Counted from the first letter of the stretch, positions 21,271 through 31,824 are shown. The stretch: 64,000 nucleotides of DNA from a virus (IMGVR_UViG_3300027860_000004:32001-96000); one strand, 5' to 3'. Numbers and translations are program-made. The notes: generated from the sequence alone by a model not told the origin.

Positions 21271-22125
21271 TTAAATCTTTCGGAGACTATCTTTTATTGA
21301 TTTCTTACTTGCGGCTTTTGTTGCACCCATGCCTGAATTATTTGGCATTTGCGATATATCGTTGTTGTAAGTTTCTTTATCTTCATTTGTAGCACTATTA
21401 GAAACTTTACCATCTTCGCCATAAGGTTTGAAATTTGAGTTTAGCCAAGAACAAGACTTTGCTGCTTGAACTTTTTCAACATCTAAACCAAATTTACAAG
21501 TTCCGTTAGAAACATCATAATTTGCACAAACAGAACAAGGATAATAAGGATTACTTCTATCTGAACCATTTAATTCAGTTGATGCTTGTTTCTTAGTTTT
21601 TTTATGAACATCAATTTGTTCTTTTGGTTTTAAAGATTTTTCATCGCCAACATCATTAACGTCTATACCTTCTTCTTCTTGTTCAAGAGGGTCTACAGTA
21701 CCAGTTTCTTGTTGACTATATGGCTTTTCTGTATTTTCGCCGCTCATCCATTTAGCCAATTCAACTGGGTCTGCATTTGGATTTAAAGAAGTATCACTCA
21801 TTGGGTCTGCTGTCGCACCAGGTGCAGCAGTTTCTGTGTTGCCTGAATCTTTCATAACAATTTCAGGCATTAATCTAACTGGAAAAGTTATTCCATTAAT
21901 ATCTACTTCAAATAAATTACCAGAAACTTCAGGCTCTGGCGGTGGTAAATTTTCTGGCGCAGGCGCAGTAGGAGGAGCCGTTTGCTGTTGGTCCATCATT
22001 GGATTTAAACCAGGAAGAACACCATTAAGTTCATCTTCCGGTAATTTATCTAAAGCTTCTTTTTTTAATTTAGTTTCAAATTTTGTAAAGAATTTTTTTA
22101 ACCAATTTGGTTCATGATTACTCAT
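21271..22125 (-). CDS. P/E-rich hypothetical protein with a Cys cluster
   Basis: ATG 22125 with GAGG SD; CSVC..C..C. Confidence 0.65.
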   Translation of the reverse strand: MSNHEPNWLKKFFTKFETKLKKEALDKLPEDELNGVLPGLNPMMDQQQTAPPTAPAPENLPPPEPEVSGNLFEVDINGITFPVRLMPEIVMKDSGNTETAAPGATADPMSDTSLNPNADPVELAKWMSGENTEKPYSQQETGTVDPLEQEEEGIDVNDVGDEKSLKPKEQIDVHKKTKKQASTELNGSDRSNPYYPCSVCANYDVSNGTCKFGLDVEKVQAAKSCSWLNSNFKPYGEDGKVSNSATNEDKETYNNDISQMPNNSGMGATKAASKKSIKDSLRKI

Positions 22126-22357
22126 TATTTTTACCTCTTGAAACAAGAAGTTCTCTAGCTTGCCAAAAAGCAGACATTACATTGTATTTTGCTCTGTCGT
22201 ACATTCTATCGCTAGGAATTGAACCCTCAAGAGATTGAATTGTTTCTTGCATTAATTTTGCAAGAACATAATCTGAGTATTCTTCTTCTGTTAAAGTGCT
22301 AATATCTCTGCCCTTGAATCTATTAATAGAAAGAGCATCTTTACTTTGATTTGACAT
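22118..22357 (-). CDS. hypothetical protein
   Basis: 79 aa, coupled to neighbours. Confidence 0.6.
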   Translation of the reverse strand: MSNQSKDALSINRFKGRDISTLTEEEYSDYVLAKLMQETIQSLEGSIPSDRMYDRAKYNVMSAFWQARELLVSRGKNNE

Positions 22358-22378
22358 TTCTAACCTATTCTTTGTTTA

Positions 22379-25117
22379 TTAACTAACCAAAGCGATATTA
22401 CCAAGAATACCAGCTTCATGTTTTTCTTTATTTACGGTAGCATATCCAATTTTTTCTGCTTCTTCTGGTGATTTTCCAGATTTTTCTTCAGATTCTTGAA
22501 TATGTTCTTCTTGACGGTGTTCTTTTTTAGTGAACTTTGGGTCGGAGCAATTCGCTGCCTCACCATGAAGTCCGCGTTTATCTGCTTCAGAAGTTTCTGG
22601 AACAGGTTCTGCAACATCATCAACTACAGTATAATCAGTAAATACTGCACTATCACCATCAGCTTCTTTCAATAAAGAAGCATCAACTTTATGTGCATAA
22701 GCGTAAAGGATTTCTTCATCCGTGTATCCTGCTTCAACAAGAGCAAGCATACCAAAATCAACAAATTCTTGCGGGGAAAGACTTGCAGTTGCATCTAATG
22801 CATCAAGTCCACCAGATGGAGGTTTTACTGCCTTTGGTCTACCTTTTGCTTTTGGAACGCCACCTGGAGTATCATATTTAGATTTGATTTCTGGAGATTC
22901 CCAATCAATTTTTTCTAAACCTTCTGGTTCTTTATCGGAAAGAGATTTCCATTCAGAACTACGGTCAACAGGTTTTGGAGGAGCAACAGGGCCAGAATTT
23001 TGATTTTGAAATTCTTTTGCTTTTTCTAAACGTAATTTTGATTCAGGAATATCGCTGTTACCCATACCTGGAAGGCTATCATTGTTAAGAGGAGCAACAT
23101 TGTTTAATTTATCAACATAGCTCTTAACCGCACTATTATCATATGCGCCGCCTTGGTCACCTGAGAATTGTGGACCGGCTACGGGTTGTTCTTTTGGTCC
23201 ATAATTATGAGACATGAACTGTTCAAAATCCATAGGTTGTTCACCACTTGATAATCCTGTCAAATGTTGACGATATTTTGATAAGGCTCCGGGAAATTGT
23301 GTATTAACACGATTACGATAACCTTCATAACTTTCATTTTCTGGTGACCAATGCGGACTATTTAATTCTTGAGAAGCAGCGTACTTGGTAATATTTCCAA
23401 GATATGTTGCAGACCAAGCCAAAGCCATATTCATATGAGTTGCTTCATCTGCCATTGGGTCTAATTGTTCTGCTTCGGGTAACATATCAACAGCAACATC
23501 AACTAAAGTATCTTCTAAAGGATTTGCTTGTTCTGTATTAGCATTTTGATTGGTGAATAAAGATTCATCATTCATCAATCCGCCGTTATCCAACATATTA
23601 TCTGGTGAAGGATTTAAAACTGTTGGTTCTAATTCAGTTAAAGCAGGGTCGCCGCCTAGTTGGCTGTCTGGAGCAAAGTTGCCACTATCAGGTAATGCAA
23701 TATTATCAACATTAACTTGTGGCTCTTGATTATCTTCAAAAGACATAAGTTGTGTTGGAAGTTCCGCAAATTTAACAAAGGAAGGACTTGTTGTTAAAAA
23801 CTCAGCAAAATGTTTTGCACTTTTGGCAACAAAACCATTATTTTCGCCTTCTGAAGAAAATAACGTACCAACATCAGCAACATGAATATTCCATGTTTTA
23901 TCGGAACCGTCGCTGTAAACTGCTGTTATAGCACCAATTGCAGGAGTATTAGCCAAAATTAATTTAGCTTTTTCATTCAAAGATACAGTTTGAACAGGTG
24001 TTGCACTAGAAACTTTTCCGGCGACACTAAATAAATTAAAATTAGAAGGTTTAACAACTTGTTTGTTAGAAGCCTTTTTTTCTAATGGACGAATACGAAC
24101 TGATGCTGCTTGTTCTACGCGATTAACAGGAGGTCTTTCTTCTGGCAAATCTTGCATATCATTAGGTTGACCATCAAAATAAGCATCTTCGGCATTTGGT
24201 GTGATACCTTCATTTAAACCAAAAGGTGGCATTTGACCATTTTCTGCTGTTGCATTTGGGTCTAAAGCACTAGCCATATCGTTATCAGGCAATTGACGAA
24301 CTTCTCCGACAATATCATTTGGCATAACACTTTGTTCATCTTGATTTAAGATTTGATTATCTAAAGGTAATTGGTCTTGAGGAACAAAAGTTGAATCCGG
24401 CATAACATTTGCTGGTGCAAGTTCGCCAATTTCATTGGCATTTGCTGTTGCTTGCATTGGCATTTCTTCAGACATTTCTTCGTTTTCGCCAGATTCCATT
24501 ACAGGAGAAGAAGCATCTTGTTCTGCATTACGAATATTACGTGTATAAGCAGATAAACCAACTCTACTTACAACTCCTTCAGACATTAAATCTTCAAGTG
24601 CAGTTGCGACAGATTGTTTGATACCTTTTGTTTTAATTGTGCCTTCTTCAAGAATTTCAGCAGTTGCATTAAGTTTTATAAGTTCTTCATGAACAATTTG
24701 ACGTAATGCGGTACGAGCAATCGTTGCATCAACAAGTGGAGTAGAAATTTTTGCAGGAACAATCATGTCTGCAACTAATTCAATATCTACTGCAACACCT
24801 AATTCAGCAACAATTCCTGGTAAATACTCAAGAACTTGATTTCTAACAGTTTCAAAAGAAACTGCTGTTTGATTCATAGCATTAGTTTTTAATTTATCAA
24901 ATGAACGTACAGAAGCGTCACTTGATTTGCGAGTAATTCCTCTACCTTCAAGTAATTCTTTTGCATCTTTCATTTCTGCCAAACGATTTGTTAATTTGGT
25001 TAATTCAGGAGATAAAGAATTAACATCTGTTCTTTCAAATGCTTCGTCTCCGATATTTGCAGTTTTAGAAATAGATTTCTTAGTAAAACCGCCCATAAAT
25101 TTTTTTAAAAGTGACAT
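22379..25117 (-). CDS. large acidic protein, possible internal head protein
   Basis: 912 aa, GGAG SD, many K/R-x-A motifs. Confidence 0.65.
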   Translation of the reverse strand: MSLLKKFMGGFTKKSISKTANIGDEAFERTDVNSLSPELTKLTNRLAEMKDAKELLEGRGITRKSSDASVRSFDKLKTNAMNQTAVSFETVRNQVLEYLPGIVAELGVAVDIELVADMIVPAKISTPLVDATIARTALRQIVHEELIKLNATAEILEEGTIKTKGIKQSVATALEDLMSEGVVSRVGLSAYTRNIRNAEQDASSPVMESGENEEMSEEMPMQATANANEIGELAPANVMPDSTFVPQDQLPLDNQILNQDEQSVMPNDIVGEVRQLPDNDMASALDPNATAENGQMPPFGLNEGITPNAEDAYFDGQPNDMQDLPEERPPVNRVEQAASVRIRPLEKKASNKQVVKPSNFNLFSVAGKVSSATPVQTVSLNEKAKLILANTPAIGAITAVYSDGSDKTWNIHVADVGTLFSSEGENNGFVAKSAKHFAEFLTTSPSFVKFAELPTQLMSFEDNQEPQVNVDNIALPDSGNFAPDSQLGGDPALTELEPTVLNPSPDNMLDNGGLMNDESLFTNQNANTEQANPLEDTLVDVAVDMLPEAEQLDPMADEATHMNMALAWSATYLGNITKYAASQELNSPHWSPENESYEGYRNRVNTQFPGALSKYRQHLTGLSSGEQPMDFEQFMSHNYGPKEQPVAGPQFSGDQGGAYDNSAVKSYVDKLNNVAPLNNDSLPGMGNSDIPESKLRLEKAKEFQNQNSGPVAPPKPVDRSSEWKSLSDKEPEGLEKIDWESPEIKSKYDTPGGVPKAKGRPKAVKPPSGGLDALDATASLSPQEFVDFGMLALVEAGYTDEEILYAYAHKVDASLLKEADGDSAVFTDYTVVDDVAEPVPETSEADKRGLHGEAANCSDPKFTKKEHRQEEHIQESEEKSGKSPEEAEKIGYATVNKEKHEAGILGNIALVS

Positions 25118-25147
25118 TTAATTCTCCTGAAAAAATCAAAAATTTCC

Positions 25148-26272
25148 TTATTTGGTACTAAAAGTTTTAAGGAAAACATCAAAGATTTTGTCTCGTTCAT
25201 TAACATTAATACGCGATAGTATGTTTTTCGTTACTTTATAAAGCATCTTATTCTCATAAGCATTGCTACTTTTTGCACTTTTTGCTAACCATTGTGATAC
25301 AACTGCAATTGTAAATTTAAAAGCACTTGCTAATAAATGTTCGACTCTTAACATTAAAGGAGTCTTTGCTACAGGTTGTTTTTTTGGTGAACGAACAGGA
25401 ATTCTATTCGAATTTTGTGGTTTTGGCTGTGGTCGATTATTATTACTTGGTCTTGGAGCCGGGGATGGATTATTTATATTTTGCTTTGGATGCTTTACTT
25501 GTGGAATAGGTTGTGTTTTCGCATTTTGACTATTATTTTGGCTATTAGATTGAGAAGAAGGATTTTGTTGCTGTGGTATAGGTTGTGTATCTTGCTCAGT
25601 TAGGGGGGTTTTTGTAAATGTATGTTCAGAACTAGAAGTAGGACCTTTTTTAATTAATTCATTAACAGCTTCTGTTGCTACATCTATTTCATTTTCAACA
25701 TCTTTAATAGATTGTTGTGGAACAAACTTTTTCAAATCATGTAAAAGAGCAACTTTATCTCTGTACCAAATAACCTGTTCTTCGAAAGAACCTTTTAAAG
25801 GAAAATTACCATAACTAGAAAAATCTTTAGCAAGTTGATTTAAGAATTCTTTATGCTCTGGATTTTTGCCTAAAAATATACAATAATATTCATCTTCCAC
25901 AACCATCTTGTTCCAAATTTTTTCAACAGCAGCATTACGACGACTTTTGTCTTTAATTTGTTTAGCTTCCATCATTTCGGGCATATATTTTTGAGTAACT
26001 TCTTCTCTATTTTTATGTCCTTCAGGTAATGGTGATTCTAATTTACGGTCCATCTTATCCCAATGTAAATCTTCGGGTTTATGACCGATAGTATCATAAG
26101 GACCAGCCTGAATTGTTCCATCAACAAGAAATACATGGACACCATTTGGCATAGTTTTCCATGTTCCTTTTTTTAATTGATTGTCAATGAAAACAAAATC
26201 ATAATCGTTATTAGCCGCTATAACTAATAAGTCTCGGGAAAGATAATCAAGAAAATTTGGATTATTTAACAT
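25148..26272 (-). CDS. hypothetical protein with WxTxxxGxHV motif and Q/P/N-rich linker
   Basis: GTWKTMPNGVHVFLVDG resembles a motif common in phage head-associated proteins. Confidence 0.6.
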   Translation of the reverse strand: MLNNPNFLDYLSRDLLVIAANNDYDFVFIDNQLKKGTWKTMPNGVHVFLVDGTIQAGPYDTIGHKPEDLHWDKMDRKLESPLPEGHKNREEVTQKYMPEMMEAKQIKDKSRRNAAVEKIWNKMVVEDEYYCIFLGKNPEHKEFLNQLAKDFSSYGNFPLKGSFEEQVIWYRDKVALLHDLKKFVPQQSIKDVENEIDVATEAVNELIKKGPTSSSEHTFTKTPLTEQDTQPIPQQQNPSSQSNSQNNSQNAKTQPIPQVKHPKQNINNPSPAPRPSNNNRPQPKPQNSNRIPVRSPKKQPVAKTPLMLRVEHLLASAFKFTIAVVSQWLAKSAKSSNAYENKMLYKVTKNILSRINVNERDKIFDVFLKTFSTK

Positions 26273-26274
26273 AA

Positions 26275-26514
26275 TTACAACTTTGGACTAGAATATTTGT
26301 ATAATTCAGTAGGACTATTCCAATCAAATATAAAACCTTGGTCAATATTGATTCCTATTCTTCTGTTTTTAATTGCAGGATATTTAACAAGCATATTGTG
26401 CCAGAATTTTGTACGAGCATCATAATATTCAGCCGTTAAACCTTGTTTAGCCATTTTAGCTATTGCGCGCATACATTGTTTATCTTCTTCGTCTATAATT
26501 ACTAATATTTCCAT
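26275..26514 (-). CDS. hypothetical protein
   Basis: 79 aa ORF. Confidence 0.55.
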   Translation of the reverse strand: MEILVIIDEEDKQCMRAIAKMAKQGLTAEYYDARTKFWHNMLVKYPAIKNRRIGINIDQGFIFDWNSPTELYKYSSPKL

Positions 26515-26848
26515 GAAAAAACCACCTAAATATCCTCAAACCCCGATGCGAAATTGTCTTTATTGTAATCACTTCAATAAGGTCGCTGTTTCCTGTGATT
26601 CACCTAAAGCACATCTTATTGCTACTTTCAATCCTAATCAAGAAAAAGATTGTATTTTATTTAAATATGATAGAACAGAAAATCCTGAAGTTCCTGAGAA
26701 GTTATTTGCTGAAAAATTTTGTATCGGTAAAAAGTGTCCTTATTATTTTGCATCTAAAAGAATTTGTACAAGACCAAGTTTGTGCCCCTATAAAGATGAA
26801 GAACCAGATATTTTTAATTCTATACAATTAAAAGAAGATAAATCTTAA
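26513..26848 (+). CDS. Cys-rich hypothetical protein
   Basis: 8 Cys in 111 aa. Confidence 0.5.
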   Translation: MKKPPKYPQTPMRNCLYCNHFNKVAVSCDSPKAHLIATFNPNQEKDCILFKYDRTENPEVPEKLFAEKFCIGKKCPYYFASKRICTRPSLCPYKDEEPDIFNSIQLKEDKS

Positions 26849-27489
26849 ATTTTTTCAGGTTTTTCTTCTTCAAAAGTTACATCAACATCTGTATAATTTG
26901 GTCTTTCTCCAGGTGCGGGAGTCCTTAAAACTAACGGTGGAACATTTTCTGGATTGCTTGCCCAAGCCTTGAAATTTTGTACATCTGAATTTGATTCTTC
27001 AGCATCCAAAGAGTCCTTAGCAAGCAATTGTTTGATATCTGATGATGCACTATCACCTTTAGCTGTTTTTTCTGGAAGCAATCCTAATGCTTTTAATGAC
27101 GCATGTATTTGTCCATGCGGGTCTTGTGAAGCAACTCGGTCAAAAAATCTTCCAAAAAAAGATTCTAAACGACTTTTACGTTGAACTCTAACAAGCCCAT
27201 TACATAAAAGAATAAGTTCAATTTCCATTGCTGTTGAAAATTCACCATATTTATCTAATAAATCTTTTTTTAATCTATTAAAATATTCAGAAGCAACATC
27301 TTTATCTTCACGTTTAAAATACATTGTATCTGGACGTAAAGCATATTTAGGTTCTTTTCTTAATTTATTTTTTGTTTTTTCTAAATTTTCAAGATTTTTT
27401 TGTTTAGTTTTACGACGGTCTTTTCCATCATTATCATTCATCTTGCGAACTTTTTCGTCTAAAAACTCATCTTCGTCTTCAAATAACAT
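26845..27489 (-). CDS. hypothetical protein, possible small terminase subunit
   Basis: helical 214 aa protein upstream of terL ending in LKALGL; weak evidence. Confidence 0.3.
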   Translation of the reverse strand: MLFEDEDEFLDEKVRKMNDNDGKDRRKTKQKNLENLEKTKNKLRKEPKYALRPDTMYFKREDKDVASEYFNRLKKDLLDKYGEFSTAMEIELILLCNGLVRVQRKSRLESFFGRFFDRVASQDPHGQIHASLKALGLLPEKTAKGDSASSDIKQLLAKDSLDAEESNSDVQNFKAWASNPENVPPLVLRTPAPGERPNYTDVDVTFEEEKPEKI

Positions 27490-27496
27490 TTAAATT

Positions 27497-27970
27497 TTAA
27501 CCTTTACCTGTTTTATCTAAATAATTTAAATAATCTAAGGCTGCTTTTACTTCTTCAGGCATATTAACTGGTAAATTAGTATTTGAACCAATAGGTTTGC
27601 CTTTTTCTTTTTTATAAACTTCTGGCAAATTAGTAACTGCTGCAAAAGGAGCATCTTCATGAGCTTTTTCAAGTTCTTTTGAAACTTCTTTTTCAACATT
27701 CATACCCTGATTATTACGAATGTTTGCCATTGGGATATCTTTGTCATTTGTTGTATCTTTATATGTTTCTGGAAGTGGTTTAACAGGCTTGTAAGGAACT
27801 TTTTCCATTCTACCGCCTTTATCTGAATTAAATAATAATGTTTTAGTATCACGCATTTCATATGATTCTAAATCATCTAATAATTCATTAAGTTTATTTG
27901 GATGTGAAAAAATTTCTTCTGCTTTAGGGGTAGAAACGTGATGCGTGTCCATATTATCTTTATCAGCCAT
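27497..27970 (-). CDS. hypothetical protein
   Basis: 157 aa, AAGGAG SD. Confidence 0.65.
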   Translation of the reverse strand: MADKDNMDTHHVSTPKAEEIFSHPNKLNELLDDLESYEMRDTKTLLFNSDKGGRMEKVPYKPVKPLPETYKDTTNDKDIPMANIRNNQGMNVEKEVSKELEKAHEDAPFAAVTNLPEVYKKEKGKPIGSNTNLPVNMPEEVKAALDYLNYLDKTGKG

Positions 27971-28099
27971 TATATTTAGACTCCTTTTAAGGGTTTACAA
28001 ATTTAAAATATGCATTTATACTATGAAAGAAGCAGAATGAACAATAAAATAGGACGCTCCTAAAAGCATCCTATAATATTTTAACTAAATTATACTTGA

Positions 28100-28300
28100 T
28101 TATGAACTTGAAAGAAGGTATATTTCTTTTGCTCCACCAATAATAACTTGAACTAGTGTCCAATTAACACCATGTAAATATGTTAATGCTGGTGCAGTAT
28201 CAATTATAGTAGTCGGCGAAGCAGCAACACTTTTACCACCAATTTCTTTACCATTAGCAAAATCAATCAATTGTTGATAGTCTAATTCTAAATATGTCAT
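28100..28300 (-). CDS. small hypothetical protein
   Basis: 66 aa, AGGT SD. Confidence 0.55.
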   Translation of the reverse strand: MTYLELDYQQLIDFANGKEIGGKSVAASPTTIIDTAPALTYLHGVNWTLVQVIIGGAKEIYLLSSS

Positions 28301-28325
28301 TGCTTACCTATATCAATCTTTTAAC

Positions 28326-28556
28326 TTAAGCCTTTGAAACTACAATAAGAGTGCTACCAATTTGGAATGATAAATTGGTAAAGTTAGATAAAACTAATTC
28401 TTCTAATGCTGCTAATGCTGAAGCAAAAGTAAATTTAACAGGCGCACCATTATTAGTTGCAGTAATTGAATAACCATCAAAACTGATTGTATCTTTTCCA
28501 GATGCAACTGCGGTAATAGCTGTTGATAATAATTGAAGATATTGTAAAACGCTCAT
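28326..28556 (-). CDS. small hypothetical protein
   Basis: 76 aa, AGGAGA SD. Confidence 0.6.
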   Translation of the reverse strand: MSVLQYLQLLSTAITAVASGKDTISFDGYSITATNNGAPVKFTFASALAALEELVLSNFTNLSFQIGSTLIVVSKA

Positions 28557-28625
28557 TGTAATTCTCCTAAAGGGAAGTGTACAAATATATACTACGCAAA
28601 GGAGAATTATTAGTAACTTAGAATA

Positions 28626-28964
28626 TTACGAAGACAATAAAATTTTACTTTTCTCTTGATACTGTAACAAAGAATTACATTTTGCATTGAAAAGTTGATT
28701 TCCTAATTGAGTTGTTACATCATAACTAAACTTTTCAATACCAGCCAATGTATCTTCGACATTATTTTTTGATAAAAATGACAAATCTAAAACAAAATTT
28801 ACTGCAATTGCTTGGGCATCAGTTGTAATATCAGCAATTTGATAAACAAAACTCAATGCATCTTGTTTACCAAAAGAAACATTTAAACCTGCTTGGCGCA
28901 TAAATGCAAATAATGCAACCGCAACTCTTTCAATAAAAATATCGTTATTATTTGATTCTTCCAT
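28626..28964 (-). CDS. hypothetical protein
   Basis: 112 aa, GGAGA SD. Confidence 0.6.
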   Translation of the reverse strand: MEESNNNDIFIERVAVALFAFMRQAGLNVSFGKQDALSFVYQIADITTDAQAIAVNFVLDLSFLSKNNVEDTLAGIEKFSYDVTTQLGNQLFNAKCNSLLQYQEKSKILLSS

Positions 28965-28972
28965 ATATTCTC

Positions 28973-29203
28973 CTAAACTATTCTAAATTGAAATCTCAAA
29001 TAAGGTTTTTTGCTGTTTTCTTTTTGAACATTTTCAATTTCTTTAGCATATTCTTGCTTCTTCTTTATTCTAGTAATATTTGAAGAAAGTTGCTCATAAG
29101 TTTTGAAGCCACTAACAATATTTTCACAACTAACACAAATCAATGTCTCGGAATCGAATTGTTTTAAATTTTTACTAGAACATATTGGACATTTTAACTT
29201 CAT
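28973..29203 (-). CDS. Zn-ribbon protein
   Basis: CPIC..CVSC. Confidence 0.55.
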   Translation of the reverse strand: MKLKCPICSSKNLKQFDSETLICVSCENIVSGFKTYEQLSSNITRIKKKQEYAKEIENVQKENSKKPYLRFQFRIV

Positions 29204-29421
29204 TAATAAGTAAAACCAAAAGATGTGTCAGGTAAAAATGCCAAACAAAATATACCAGATTCTTTTTGTTCCTCTGTGGCATAAGGAACATAGGTTCCAT
29301 CATCAAGAAAAAATACTACACGACCTGCTTTTTTAAATTCATGTTCGAACTTAGCCATACGTTCCATAGTTTTTTCAAAGGTAAGTTCTTCTTGATTACG
29401 ATTATTGTCTTCAAAATCCAT
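29203..29421 (-). CDS. hypothetical protein
   Basis: 72 aa, coupled. Confidence 0.55.
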   Translation of the reverse strand: MDFEDNNRNQEELTFEKTMERMAKFEHEFKKAGRVVFFLDDGTYVPYATEEQKESGIFCLAFLPDTSFGFTY

Positions 29422-29432
29422 GATTACACCCT

Positions 29433-29732
29433 TTACATAGAATCTACCGATGTTGAAAGTAGCAATGATTTATATTCTTCAATCATATCTTCGTTTTCAA
29501 TAAAATAATATGTAATTTGACTCATCTTTGTTTGACGAGCAAGTTCTTTTAAGAACAATTCTGTATCAGAAGGCACAACATGTCCGTAAACACTAACCAT
29601 TGTTGCATTATAAGGGCGATGAGCATTATTTGTTAAAACCCAAATCCTACCATCATCTTGTAAAGTAAAAATACCTACAACTTCTGGTTTGGATTTAGGT
29701 TCTTTTTGAAACATTGCTATTGTTGCGCTCAT
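29433..29732 (-). CDS. hypothetical protein
   Basis: 99 aa, GGAG SD. Confidence 0.6.
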   Translation of the reverse strand: MSATIAMFQKEPKSKPEVVGIFTLQDDGRIWVLTNNAHRPYNATMVSVYGHVVPSDTELFLKELARQTKMSQITYYFIENEDMIEEYKSLLLSTSVDSM

Positions 29733-29733
29733 T

Positions 29734-30273
29734 TTAAACTCCTAAGTGTTTACAAACGGTATCCAAAATCTCTTGAGGAGAAAGATTGTCTGTATTCACA
29801 AACAAATTTGGTTCTTCTTTTAAAGAATATTTGCTGGAATCATAAAAAGCACGTTCTGGCATTTGAAAAGGAACTTTATTTCCTTTTTCATCAATTGTCC
29901 AGCGGTCAGACCTCATAAGTTCGCGATTTTTCCAAGTATCATAACTACAAGCAAGTCTAATAACCTGAGAAGAATACTTAGAACGAAATTCCTCTACCAT
30001 CTTGCGAAAATCTTCAGACATACCAGTAGAATTAGCAATAACTTTACGACCCGCAGAAAGTTCATTTTCTACGCGCCTACGTAAGGTTGCAAAAGTATCA
30101 AAGAATTTACCATCACGACCAATTCCTTTTGATTTTCCTCCTGGTTGACCACTTAATTCAGTACGAATGGCATCAGAAGAAAAAACCTTACAACCAAGTT
30201 TTATGGCTAAGGCATCGCAAAGAGTGTCTTTTCCTGAAGAAACATTACCTACAACTACTAAAAGTTCGTTCAT
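29734..30273 (-). CDS. P-loop kinase (AAA_33 / polynucleotide-kinase-like)
   Basis: VVVGNVSSGKDT Walker A, SSDAIR, R..MR lid. Confidence 0.8.
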   Translation of the reverse strand: MNELLVVVGNVSSGKDTLCDALAIKLGCKVFSSDAIRTELSGQPGGKSKGIGRDGKFFDTFATLRRRVENELSAGRKVIANSTGMSEDFRKMVEEFRSKYSSQVIRLACSYDTWKNRELMRSDRWTIDEKGNKVPFQMPERAFYDSSKYSLKEEPNLFVNTDNLSPQEILDTVCKHLGV

Positions 30274-30299
30274 ATTTTTAGTCCTCTCTTAGTAGTATA

Positions 30300-31448
30300 C
30301 TATACTCCGAAAGTATTTTCAAATTCAACCAAAGCCTTTTTAAGTTTTTCAAAATTTGAATCGAAAGATTCTCTTTTATTATCAAAAGAAGGCTTGTTCA
30401 AATTGTTTGCTACTTCATCATGACATTCTATCATTTCAGGTGATATAGAAGAAAAAACAATATCTGCTAAATCTCTATCGCCAATTCTTAACATCAAATC
30501 TTTAATTGGCGTATAGTTTTCTCTAGTTATTCTTAATCTAACCATAAGAGCAGTTGTCATTTGTTCTGGAGTTAAGAACGTTGCAAATTCATGTTGAGAA
30601 AGAAAAACATTTCCATTGGAATCAATAAAATGACGTTCAAATCTTTCGCGGACTTGATTATTTACAAGAGCATAGGCTGTCCAATGTTGGATTAAAAAAT
30701 AAAATGCTCTTTTTTGTTCGGATTGATAATCATAATTACTAGTCATAGGATAAAGTTGAAATGTTTGATTTTCCAATAAAGTTACTGCATCATGGAAAGC
30801 CGTTGCAGTAACTAATTTATCATTTAAATGACCAAAAAATACTTCCTCACATTGCAATCCTAAAAGTTTACCAGCTTGTGCAGCCAAGACTCTATTAACT
30901 GCTGAATAAGCATCATCAACGTATCCATTAATCAAAAATGGGACACCATTAATATCTTTCCATAATTTCATAGGAATAGTATTGAAAGATACCGGACTTT
31001 TTATGGTTTTATAAACGCTTAAATCGCCTAAATCTAATTGGTCATATGACATAAATGGAAAACGGAAAAGACCAAATTTTTTAACATTAATTTTAGGCGC
31101 TTTATAATCAGACTTAGGTTCCGTAGAATTTTGACTAAGTTGTTGCTCATCATTTATAAATACAGATTGTTTTAATTTATTTAATAAATCAATATTAGAT
31201 TGTCCGTAAGACTTTAAGAATGCTTGCATTTTTGGGTCTATTGGACGATATTCGTTTACAAATTTCAAAAATTCAAGGACTGCATTTTGAGCATTTTTAA
31301 TATTTTTGCTTTGTTGTATTGCTTGAGTTAATTGTTCTAATCTAGTTTGCAATCTTGGATAAGAAGCGGTATTAGCAGCAATAAGGCCAGCTATAATTGG
31401 CATAACTACATTAGCATCTAATTTAGGTTGTACGGTTCCATTAGCCAT
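30300..31448 (-). CDS. hypothetical protein, possibly a degenerate HipA/PI3K-like fold
   Basis: VLAAQAGKLLGL resembles HipA-like helices, but catalytic motifs are not evident. Confidence 0.3.
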   Translation of the reverse strand: MANGTVQPKLDANVVMPIIAGLIAANTASYPRLQTRLEQLTQAIQQSKNIKNAQNAVLEFLKFVNEYRPIDPKMQAFLKSYGQSNIDLLNKLKQSVFINDEQQLSQNSTEPKSDYKAPKINVKKFGLFRFPFMSYDQLDLGDLSVYKTIKSPVSFNTIPMKLWKDINGVPFLINGYVDDAYSAVNRVLAAQAGKLLGLQCEEVFFGHLNDKLVTATAFHDAVTLLENQTFQLYPMTSNYDYQSEQKRAFYFLIQHWTAYALVNNQVRERFERHFIDSNGNVFLSQHEFATFLTPEQMTTALMVRLRITRENYTPIKDLMLRIGDRDLADIVFSSISPEMIECHDEVANNLNKPSFDNKRESFDSNFEKLKKALVEFENTFGV

Positions 31449-31799
31449 TTATATTTGCCTCAAATAATTTAAAACTTCATCTTTACAGATTGTTTCATAC
31501 TCATCCATAATATTTTGAAATATAGATGGTGTAAAATTTTCATCATAAGGTTCAATTTTTAAATTAATTAGTTTATTTAAAACATCTTGATATTTATTAA
31601 CATTATTTTTATCAAGAAGATTTTGAATTTTTTTGATTCTATCTTCTATCTTATCAAGAACTGACTTTTTAAAATTCTTTGATTTTTTTGACTTAATATT
31701 TTTTGGTTCAATTCCGTAATATTCTCTTATTTGTTCCATAAAATCGTGACTTGCGCCACGCTCACTAACATTTACAATGTTTTTGCATAGACGGCACAT
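31449..31799 (-). CDS. hypothetical protein
   Basis: 116 aa, GGAGA SD. Confidence 0.55.
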   Translation of the reverse strand: MCRLCKNIVNVSERGASHDFMEQIREYYGIEPKNIKSKKSKNFKKSVLDKIEDRIKKIQNLLDKNNVNKYQDVLNKLINLKIEPYDENFTPSIFQNIMDEYETICKDEVLNYLRQI

Positions 31800-31824
31800 T
31801 TCGATTCTCCATGATTTTAAATTT

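Noticed and set aside
189-25603. Antisense ORFs over head genes (e.g. 3630-4337, 1245-1517, 22722-23003)
   Set aside because: Ser/Phe-rich mirror translations of E/K-rich genes, with no SD or motifs
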